Shown in pieces: positions 55,838-64,000 of a stretch of 64,000 nt of DNA. Origin of the DNA: a virus; IMG/VR virus record IMGVR_UViG_3300043436_003324. One strand, written 5' to 3'. Numbering within the stretch: the first letter of the stretch is position 1; each line of letters opens with the position of its first letter. The notes beneath the pieces are model-generated. The model was not told the origin of the DNA, searched no databases, and was given only the letters and a program-made list of their open reading frames with translations. Made by a program: the position numbers and the translations under genes.

Positions 55838-57841
55838 ATGATGATGTTTGCGGTTACAGGAACTACATTTGGTGCGGATACTTTAAAAGATGTTGCGGCG
55901 GCATTAAAGAAAAACATAACGGGCATCCAAGAGATGGTTGAGAATATCGACCAACAATTTTCGAGTATTGCAAATAATATCGGTGCGGGTAGGGAACAAG
56001 CATTTCTATTAAAACAAACACTCACTGAAGGTCTTACTGAAATTACAAGATTAGGAGGTGATGTTAGTAAAATTACGTTACAAGTAGAAGGGTTACAAAA
56101 AACATTTGGAACGCAATTAGTTCTTAATAAGAATGTAACAGATGAGTTATTTGCAACAACACAAGCCACAGGAATCGCTGCGGATGTTTTATTTGAAAGT
56201 TATGCAAATGTAGGTAAGTCCATTTATGATGTTAACAGTGAGATGGCCCAAATAATGGAAAATGCCAATCTTATTGGTGTTAATGCTAAAAATGTAACTG
56301 TTGCGGTACAAGCTAATATGTCTGCCTTGTCTAAATTTAATTTTAAAGACGGGGTTATGGGTCTTGCCGACATGGCAGCCAAATCTGCGGTATTAAGGGT
56401 TGGTATGGAAAAGGCGGTGGCATCGGCTGAAGAACTTTACAAACCTGAAAAGGCACAAGCTTTTGTTAATACCTTATCAAGATTAGGAGCGACAGGATCG
56501 TCCGAATTGATGAATGTTGAGAGAGTAAGATTCTTGGCCAGAAATGAACCCGCAAAACTACAAGAAGAGATTGCAAAAATGGCATCAAAATTTGTTGATG
56601 AAACAGGTAAAATGTCTGCAGTTGGTATGGATTTCTTAAAAGAAATTTCCCAAGAAGCTGGTTATGGTTCTGACGAACTTTCTAAGATGGGTATTGCGTT
56701 TTCTCAAATACAAGAAAAGAAAGATTTAATAAATACAACAGGACTTCAGATTGCAGACCCTAAAGAGATAGAAAAATTAACAAATTTACTTACTAAAGGT
56801 AAAGATGGTAAGTTTGAGGTTACATACGAACAAGACGGACAACAAGTTACCAGGGCACTCCAAGACATGAATGCCTTTGAAAAAGGAAAATTACAAGAAT
56901 TTTTATCCAACCAAAACAAACAAATAAAAGAAACATTTGAGGCAAAACCTGGAGAAGATAAGGACCTAAAAAAACTTATCGAACAACAAATGGATGTTAA
57001 TACAAAGTTTACTAAAGCTATTGCGGCATTAGAAACTGTAATACCATCTCAAATCGCAGGGTCAAAAACAGGAGAAAAAATGATACAGAGTATTATTGAT
57101 AATACTAACAAACTATCCACAACCGCATTATCAAAACTTGATGAATTATCTGATGAGGCTGGTAAGGCAATTGATGCAAAAATAAAAGTAATTGAGGGTG
57201 CGGTTGGTGTAATGGAACCCATTATGCAAACAATTGTTAATAGTATGGAAACTTTGTCAACATCAGCAATTCCGACGTTGACTGATTCGTTGGGTAAGTT
57301 TGCTACTACTTTAGGTGATGTGGGGACTTTTTTGGCGACTACTTTTAATTTAGATGACTTCGTTAGTTTACCGGGTAATGATAGATTAATAATGGGACCC
57401 GAAGGGTCAATAGGTAGAATAAACAGTAAGGATACTATTATCTCAACAACAGACGGACCAAAAAGTGAAGATGAGGTTAAGATGATGATGGACCTTATTA
57501 AAAATCCGCAAGGAGCCGTTACCCCGGCAACAATAGAAACAAAACCCATTTTAACAAATGAGACTATGGGTACTATTTCATCAACAGATAGTCTGAGAGA
57601 AAAAGAATTGTCAAAAATTATGATGGAAAATTCTAAAGTATCGGGAGAAACCATAAAAGAAATAAAGTCGACAAACGATATTAACCATAAATTGGATATG
57701 ACAATTGATTTAAAAAATGTGCCAACAAATATGAATCAAAACGAATTAAAAGGCGTTCTTGAGACAATGATACTTAAACCCGAATTTTTAGATAAAGTAA
57801 GGGCGGCAACAAAATCAATCGAAGGAACAAGTTTTTATTAA
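55838..57841 (+). CDS. Tape measure protein (667 aa)
   Basis: Long Ala/Gly/Met-rich helical protein after tube and chaperone; late motif 55817-55823. Confidence 0.75.
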   Translation: MMMFAVTGTTFGADTLKDVAAALKKNITGIQEMVENIDQQFSSIANNIGAGREQAFLLKQTLTEGLTEITRLGGDVSKITLQVEGLQKTFGTQLVLNKNVTDELFATTQATGIAADVLFESYANVGKSIYDVNSEMAQIMENANLIGVNAKNVTVAVQANMSALSKFNFKDGVMGLADMAAKSAVLRVGMEKAVASAEELYKPEKAQAFVNTLSRLGATGSSELMNVERVRFLARNEPAKLQEEIAKMASKFVDETGKMSAVGMDFLKEISQEAGYGSDELSKMGIAFSQIQEKKDLINTTGLQIADPKEIEKLTNLLTKGKDGKFEVTYEQDGQQVTRALQDMNAFEKGKLQEFLSNQNKQIKETFEAKPGEDKDLKKLIEQQMDVNTKFTKAIAALETVIPSQIAGSKTGEKMIQSIIDNTNKLSTTALSKLDELSDEAGKAIDAKIKVIEGAVGVMEPIMQTIVNSMETLSTSAIPTLTDSLGKFATTLGDVGTFLATTFNLDDFVSLPGNDRLIMGPEGSIGRINSKDTIISTTDGPKSEDEVKMMMDLIKNPQGAVTPATIETKPILTNETMGTISSTDSLREKELSKIMMENSKVSGETIKEIKSTNDINHKLDMTIDLKNVPTNMNQNELKGVLETMILKPEFLDKVRAATKSIEGTSFY

Positions 57842-57882
57842 AAAAACATTCTTAAATTCTATTTATTAAATAAAATTGGATA

Positions 57883-60800
57883 ATGCCAGAAAGTAGTTTA
57901 AGTTTTAATAATAGTTCGGATTTTAGAAATTCATTAGTTTCAAGAACCTTACCACCCTATAATGTTAGTGGTGCGTTTAGTGCCCCGTTAGGACCACAAA
58001 ACTTTGAGGAAACGTTATCTGACTACTCAAATGTAAATTTACCAAACATAGGATCAACAAATGTTGCTGATGAATTTTATACGTTAAACAAATACGGACC
58101 AAATGGTGGATTTGTTAATACTATTGGATTACAACAGGACCCAATAATACCCGCAACAAATGCGGGGGAGTATAACCCATCTGAAACAAATTTAGATATT
58201 GTAAATGAATTTTTCATTGACTCGGCCTATAGTAAAAACAAGTACGGGCCTATTGGAGGATTTAATGAGATGTTTGATGTTACTGAATTTCTATTAGCAA
58301 ATCAGGTTCATCAACCGTACTTTGACCCAATATTTTTTACACCATCAAAATACGATCCTTATTTATTATATACTCAAAGTAATCCTATAGGTAGTGACGG
58401 TTCATTATCAAGTGATTCATATTTGATGAGATTATCGGCAACAAAATTAGAGACAAATTTTAACGCTAACGTTGCCGCTGAAGAACAAAGACAATTATTT
58501 AGAGAAACAAATACAAATTTAACATCACCTTCCGCTTTAGCAGGAAGTGGTCTTGGTGGAAGTAGAGATTATAGAATTACAATACCATCAAGTACAATAA
58601 CATTTTTAGATAGATTAAGAGGAGACTTTAGTCCTGGATCACCATTAGTTGGTCCATTATTTATTGACGAAGACTCAAATAGAAATCCATCAACAGGAAA
58701 TCAAATTGCAAACGTTTTACAAAATACCGCCGCTGGGTCATTTAATTTATTAGCGGATGGGTCAAGTAGATTTTTACAACCATCTAAAAGATTATTAGAA
58801 CAAACAGGAGCGGGACAAATATCTACACTATATTCATTATTAAATAAAAATTTATATAGACCATCTTATGAAATAGGAGGTTTAGGAAACGTAGCAATTG
58901 CAGGCGTAAACTCAATATTAAGAGCGGTTGGGGCCACAGTTAGTGGAGGTTATTATATAGGTTCTGACATTAATAATCCTGAATATATAACATCACCTGT
59001 AAATGCAGTGCCCGTTAATTCATATGGTAAATTAACAAATGCGATTGTCTTTGGTCCTGATGAAATGGGTAACCAATTTGAAGGTAACGGAATGGAAGAG
59101 GCCAAATTTGGACTTAACAGTATTGCATCTGAAAACGGAGGAAAACCTGATGGTGGGTTTGTTTGGACATCACCAAGATTTAAAGAGGCCGCAGGATATA
59201 AAGTTAAACAAGGAGGAGACTTAGTGTCCCAAGATGGAGACTTTAATCAAATAAGCTCTTCTTACTTATTTAACGAATCAACAAACTTTGGATTAAAACA
59301 AGGTTCAATATTAGATAACACACAAAGATTAGTTAATTCCGCAGACAATTTACTTGGTAAAAGAAGATTAAAACATGCGGGTAATGCGATTAATCAAGTT
59401 AGTAAAGTTTTCCATGATGGGTATAAAGAAATAACTAAAGGTTCTAAAGTAATGTCATATGTTGATAATTCAACGGGAGAAGAAGCGGGAATAGAATACT
59501 GTAGAATTTTTACTAAAGATACACCATATTATACATTTAATGATCTTCAAAAGTCAGAAGGTATAACAACTGAAAATAGAAGATTTTCATATTCAGTTCT
59601 TGACAAAACATATAATTTAAATATTGCACCGATAAAAGGAATTGGATCAACAAATGTAACATCTAAGGGGGCCAAAAAGTATATGATCTCAATTGAGAAC
59701 TTGGCTTGGAGAACATCCGATAGACCGGGGTTTACTGTTGATGAATTACCATTATGTGAAAGAGGACCTAACGGAGGTCGTATTATGTGGTTTCCACCAT
59801 ATGATGTTGAGTTCAGTGATGGTAGTACGGCAAACTTTGATGAGATACCTTTCTTAGGTAGACCTGAACCAATATATACGTATAAGAACACAACAAGAAC
59901 AGGAAAATTAGGGTTTAAAATAGTTGTCGATCACCCATCTATAATGAATTTATTGGTGAATAAACAATTAGAAAAATTGGGTAAAGAAAAGTTTGATAAT
60001 GTTGTTAAATCATTTATTGCGGGTTGTACAAAATATGATCTATATGAGTTGGCCGCCAAATTTAACACATTACCATTAAGGGAACTTGAGATGTATCAGA
60101 ACTTATTGAACGACCCAAGACTAACACCTGAAGAATTAGCTCAAATACAAAATGAAATACCGGCAGAAAATACATCACCCGAAAACGCAAATACAATAGG
60201 AAATACTCCTGAAGAAGAAAAAAACTTTAGTTTAAACTATGAAGGTTTAGGGTTTTATTTTGGTCCGGAAACTACAAATTTTAACTTTGAACAACAAGTA
60301 ACAAAATACATTTCAGATGTTAGTACAATTACCGCATTATCGCCCGTTGAATGTTTAATCCAAGGAAACACAAACGCAACATACCTTAAATCTAACACTG
60401 AATCGTTTATTAAAACTATAGTACAAACAAATTACGATTCAATTAATAATGACTTTATTTCCGGAATTAGAAGTATTGTCTCAAATAAAAATATTGTTGA
60501 CATAAAAATTGAAGGTAAAACAATTGAATTTGCAGAATCCGCAAAAACTTTCCTTTCTGAAAAACTTAAATCAGAAATAGATAATAAAAAATTAACAATA
60601 TCGGCAAGCGGAGGTCTATCAAAAATAACTATAAAAAATTATTTTGACTCTAATCAACCACAAAATGGACAAGACTTTAATACAAACCAAACTATAGTTG
60701 CCCCATTAAGTTCTACAATAAACCTAACTCAAAAAGAAATACTTTATAGTTATCCTAATTTGGCGGTAAATGCGGCAATAGTTAGTAAAATAACTATAGT

Positions 60801-62727
60801 TGATGATGTTACTTCGACTGACCCTACAAATCAAAATAACGTAAATCAAAGTTCTCCTGACCAAGTTAATTCTCAAGCAGTTAAACCACAACCAAATACA
60901 GACATTCAAGATAAACTTAAACAGGCTATAGGTAAAAAATTAATAAGAAGATTATTAACTGAATGTGATTATTTTGAATTATTGAAAGAAAGTGACCCAA
61001 TGGTCCTTGAAACTTTAAAAGATAAATTAAAGTTCTTCAACCCGGCATTTCACTCAATGACACCTGAAGGATTAAATTCAAGACTTACGTTTTTAAATCA
61101 ATGTGTTAGACCTGGTCAAACAATTCCTGTTATTGGAAGTGATGGTAGACCAAAATATGATGATGCGTTAAATACAACATTTGGGGCCCCACCTGTTTTA
61201 GTAATTAGAGTTGGAGATTTCTACCATACTAAGGCAATACCCGGAAGTTTATCTATAACTTATGAAGCACCATTTTTTGATATAAACCCTGAAGGTATTG
61301 GTATACAACCAATGGTTGTTAAGGTTAGTTTGGATCTTAAATTTATTGGAGGACACGGATTGGCAAGACCAATAGAAAGTTTACAAAATGCATTGTCGTT
61401 TAATTTTTATGCAAATACAGAAATGTATGATGAAAGGGCGGAAGAAACTGAACTTAACTACGCTTTAGTGGAGTTGGTTGATAAGGCTATTGCAAATGCA
61501 ACAGTTAATAATGAACAAACTAATGATGGTGGAGATACTATAGGTTCGGTATTAACAACAATTAAAAGTGGGGATACTGAAAGTGGGGATATTGATTATA
61601 CAAAAATTTACACACAATTGGCAGATCAAACTAGAGATTATATTAATGTTAGTACAAACCAATATAATACTATTGTAGATCAATTTAATTATAGTATGTT
61701 ACAGTTAGTAACTTTTGAAAGGAATTATTCTTCAGGGAATACAATAATTAATACCGCAAGTAAAATTGATACAAAACTTTATGGGAAACCAAATGAGTTT
61801 GAAAAAAGAATAAATAAACTAAGTTCTAAAATAAAAGAAGATATAGATAATGAAACAAATTCGTTAATAAGCTCTTTTAAAGAAATTTTATCTTTATCTG
61901 GTCAAGAAAATATAATTAGAGACACTAAAAGGAAATTAAAGGCCTATGTAGAAAGTGTTGAAAAAGAAATTATAAGAGATTTAGCACAACCAATAAATAC
62001 TATAACCGATAATGAACAAAACCTAATAAAGACTTTTAACAAACTTAATGTTGTCACAACAAAAAAATTAGGAAACGTAGAACCAATAACAGGTATTGAT
62101 GGTAAAATTTTACCTGACGGTAATGTTAAGATATATAACTTAACAGGTGATACTACAGTATTTGAGAAAATGATAACAGATTATTTAACAGTCGCCAAAA
62201 AATTAAATGATTATGCGATTGAAAAAAGTGATTTAAAAATAATACCATTACCTAATGAAAAATTTTATGATAATGAAAATTGTTTTGAAATAACAGACTA
62301 TTCCCTTTCTGAATTAGATAAAGACGAAGATAAACGTTTATACACATTATTATCACAAACATTTACAAATAAAGATAAATATGAACTATTGTTTATAGAA
62401 TTTGTCTCAACCCCCGAAATAGAAGCCATATCAGGAGCAAAGGCCGATCTAACAAAAAAATATGACGCTTTAAGGGTGAATTTTGAGGAGGCTTACGGTA
62501 GGGATAAAGAAAAAATGACACAAGATTCTAACGATAATATTCTTAAAGAATTAAAAACTTTTAAATTTGAGGATAATGTGAATAGAAGATTAAAATATGA
62601 AACACAACCATTAGATAGTAATGATAGTTTATCTAAAGATAAGAAAACTCAAATCACTCAAATATATGGTCAAACAAATTGGGACAATAAAAAAGATACC
62701 TTTGATGGTAAAGTTAAATTAAATTAA
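57883..62727 (+). CDS. Large baseplate/tube-initiator protein (1614 aa)
   Basis: IMWFPPYD...FLGRPEPIYTY...R.G.L.FKI and IRVGDFYHTK....L...Y...G.GIQP..V.VSL resemble gp48/gp54-type tube-initiator segments; synteny. Confidence 0.6.
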   Translation: MPESSLSFNNSSDFRNSLVSRTLPPYNVSGAFSAPLGPQNFEETLSDYSNVNLPNIGSTNVADEFYTLNKYGPNGGFVNTIGLQQDPIIPATNAGEYNPSETNLDIVNEFFIDSAYSKNKYGPIGGFNEMFDVTEFLLANQVHQPYFDPIFFTPSKYDPYLLYTQSNPIGSDGSLSSDSYLMRLSATKLETNFNANVAAEEQRQLFRETNTNLTSPSALAGSGLGGSRDYRITIPSSTITFLDRLRGDFSPGSPLVGPLFIDEDSNRNPSTGNQIANVLQNTAAGSFNLLADGSSRFLQPSKRLLEQTGAGQISTLYSLLNKNLYRPSYEIGGLGNVAIAGVNSILRAVGATVSGGYYIGSDINNPEYITSPVNAVPVNSYGKLTNAIVFGPDEMGNQFEGNGMEEAKFGLNSIASENGGKPDGGFVWTSPRFKEAAGYKVKQGGDLVSQDGDFNQISSSYLFNESTNFGLKQGSILDNTQRLVNSADNLLGKRRLKHAGNAINQVSKVFHDGYKEITKGSKVMSYVDNSTGEEAGIEYCRIFTKDTPYYTFNDLQKSEGITTENRRFSYSVLDKTYNLNIAPIKGIGSTNVTSKGAKKYMISIENLAWRTSDRPGFTVDELPLCERGPNGGRIMWFPPYDVEFSDGSTANFDEIPFLGRPEPIYTYKNTTRTGKLGFKIVVDHPSIMNLLVNKQLEKLGKEKFDNVVKSFIAGCTKYDLYELAAKFNTLPLRELEMYQNLLNDPRLTPEELAQIQNEIPAENTSPENANTIGNTPEEEKNFSLNYEGLGFYFGPETTNFNFEQQVTKYISDVSTITALSPVECLIQGNTNATYLKSNTESFIKTIVQTNYDSINNDFISGIRSIVSNKNIVDIKIEGKTIEFAESAKTFLSEKLKSEIDNKKLTISASGGLSKITIKNYFDSNQPQNGQDFNTNQTIVAPLSSTINLTQKEILYSYPNLAVNAAIVSKITIVDDVTSTDPTNQNNVNQSSPDQVNSQAVKPQPNTDIQDKLKQAIGKKLIRRLLTECDYFELLKESDPMVLETLKDKLKFFNPAFHSMTPEGLNSRLTFLNQCVRPGQTIPVIGSDGRPKYDDALNTTFGAPPVLVIRVGDFYHTKAIPGSLSITYEAPFFDINPEGIGIQPMVVKVSLDLKFIGGHGLARPIESLQNALSFNFYANTEMYDERAEETELNYALVELVDKAIANATVNNEQTNDGGDTIGSVLTTIKSGDTESGDIDYTKIYTQLADQTRDYINVSTNQYNTIVDQFNYSMLQLVTFERNYSSGNTIINTASKIDTKLYGKPNEFEKRINKLSSKIKEDIDNETNSLISSFKEILSLSGQENIIRDTKRKLKAYVESVEKEIIRDLAQPINTITDNEQNLIKTFNKLNVVTTKKLGNVEPITGIDGKILPDGNVKIYNLTGDTTVFEKMITDYLTVAKKLNDYAIEKSDLKIIPLPNEKFYDNENCFEITDYSLSELDKDEDKRLYTLLSQTFTNKDKYELLFIEFVSTPEIEAISGAKADLTKKYDALRVNFEEAYGRDKEKMTQDSNDNILKELKTFKFEDNVNRRLKYETQPLDSNDSLSKDKKTQITQIYGQTNWDNKKDTFDGKVKLN

Positions 62728-62728
62728 T

Positions 62729-63052
62729 ATGGGATTACAATATTATAATAGGTATAACCAATTTTTAATTAATGGAGAACAAAATATTGTTCCTTTTGTA
62801 AAATTAGATACAAAACCGTCAGATAAGAACTATATTTATAAAGTCGGACAATCTAGACTTGACAAGATATCACAACAATATTATGGAACACCATTTTTTG
62901 GTTGGTTGGTATTAGCAGCAAATCCTCAGTTTGGGGGTGAAGAATGGAATATTCCTGACGGATCAATTTTACGTGTACCTTTCCCTTTAGTTGGTTCACT
63001 ACAAGATTATAAAAATACGATAGAAAATTATTACTTTTATTATGGCGATTGA
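62729..63052 (+). CDS. LysM-like baseplate wedge protein (gp53/gpX-like)
   Basis: YKVGQSRLDKISQQYYG...GWLVLAANP......IPDG..LRVP. Confidence 0.75.
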   Translation: MGLQYYNRYNQFLINGEQNIVPFVKLDTKPSDKNYIYKVGQSRLDKISQQYYGTPFFGWLVLAANPQFGGEEWNIPDGSILRVPFPLVGSLQDYKNTIENYYFYYGD

Positions 63053-64000
63053 AAATGAAAATATTTTAGTAGACTTTGATTACCAGAATATAATAATTAT
63101 AGATCCCAATAAAATTATAGATAACGACGGTAATGTAAAAGAACGTGCAGTTAAACATGAAAATTTGGTAATGTATGCAAATTTAGAGTGTAAGGTTTTA
63201 CCAAGAACAAAATTAATTATTGGGACAACACCTGACACAACAGACTTACAAAACTTATCAATAGCAACTATTAATTTTTTAAACCCTGGAAATAAAAAAT
63301 TTTTAGATAATTCATATACAGATCAAATTACAGGTAAAGGGGCTTTACAAGGACAAGGAGTTAACCAAGCAAATCAAACTGCGGTAAAAAACCCTAAAAA
63401 CTCAAATGAGTTTTATTTAAATCAAACTTTTTTAAGTGAAGGTAAAAATCAAACAACAGACACTGGTTTATTAGGGATTAGAAGTATTAAAGTTAGTACT
63501 GAAACAAGTTTAAGAACTGAAGTGTCAATTTCACTAATTGATGTTAGAGGAAGAGCATTATTTGAATTAGCAGATAATTCGCCCTATGCGGTCTTTTTCC
63601 AATTTCCATACCCACCATTTACCTTAACTTTAAAAGGGTGGTATGGAAAGGCAATTAGATATAAATTACAGTTATCCGATTTTAAAAGTAGATTTGATGC
63701 CGAATCAGGAAGTTTTAATATAGACCTAAAATTTCAACCATATCAATTTACAGTATTAAATGAGATTAAACTTTCCGATACATTAGCATTACCTCACATG
63801 TATGAGGCAAATGCAACTGTAACCTCAACACCAAATGTTGCTACCCAAAATAGTGTTGCATCAAGTGCAAAATTAACAAGAGGATATCAAAAGATAAGGG
63901 AGGTTTACAAAGAGTATAAAAAGAAAAAATTGATGGATGAAAATATGCCTGAATATACTGTTTATGAGTTTAAAGAAAAACTTAAAACGTTTATTACGGA
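63042..64000 (+). CDS. Baseplate hub-like protein, partial (runs off window)
   Basis: Open frame from ATG 63042 (MAIENENILVDFDYQN...LLGIRSIKV...DVRGRALFE...FTLTLKGWYGKAIRY) to the edge. Confidence 0.65.
   Translation, partial: MAIENENILVDFDYQNIIIIDPNKIIDNDGNVKERAVKHENLVMYANLECKVLPRTKLIIGTTPDTTDLQNLSIATINFLNPGNKKFLDNSYTDQITGKGALQGQGVNQANQTAVKNPKNSNEFYLNQTFLSEGKNQTTDTGLLGIRSIKVSTETSLRTEVSISLIDVRGRALFELADNSPYAVFFQFPYPPFTLTLKGWYGKAIRYKLQLSDFKSRFDAESGSFNIDLKFQPYQFTVLNEIKLSDTLALPHMYEANATVTSTPNVATQNSVASSAKLTRGYQKIREVYKEYKKKKLMDENMPEYTVYEFKEKLKTFIT

Noticed and set aside
1141-60909. Many 60-200 aa ORFs antisense or out-of-frame inside long genes (e.g. 2346-2750, 39128-39475, 55765-56169, 57049-57654)
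   Set aside because: They lie wholly within well-supported genes, have no motifs or upstream signals, and are expected shadow ORFs
1-64000. Stop-codon reassignment as in some jumbo phages
   Set aside because: Standard code gives near-complete coding density, and TAA, TAG and TGA all terminate coupled genes
1-64000. tRNA, rRNA, integrase or transposase genes
   Set aside because: Intergenic spaces are short and AT-rich, and none of these signatures were seen

Overview
AT-rich segment of a large myovirus (jumbo-phage-like, contractile tail). The genes are T4-superfamily-like but distant, and the host is probably Bacteroidota (inferred from A-rich start regions that mostly lack Shine-Dalgarno motifs). 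There are four strand blocks. (-) 1-20365: gp5-like spike, late sigma factor, a large glycosyltransferase/amino-sugar cluster, PhoH, dUTPase, exonuclease and WYL. (+) 20419-41741: Pro/Thr-repeat virion proteins, an embedded 3-gene glycosyltransferase cassette (GT60-like first), modular fibre/adhesin genes, an LCIB-type carbonic anhydrase fusion and DNA polymerase B. (-) 41738-48038: neck protein, a zincin-SOD-nuclease-like fusion and a SNF2 helicase. (+) 48094-64000: neck/terminator, sheath, HAD, tube, chaperone with a candidate +1 frameshift, tape measure and baseplate. The best candidates for new biology are: a phage-encoded mucin-type O-glycosylation system for its own virion (PT-repeat acceptors, including the sheath); enzymes grafted onto virion modules (carbonic anhydrase, papain protease); and an SOD polyprotein with prohead-protease-like linkers. 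All family calls come from motif recognition by eye; no database search was run.
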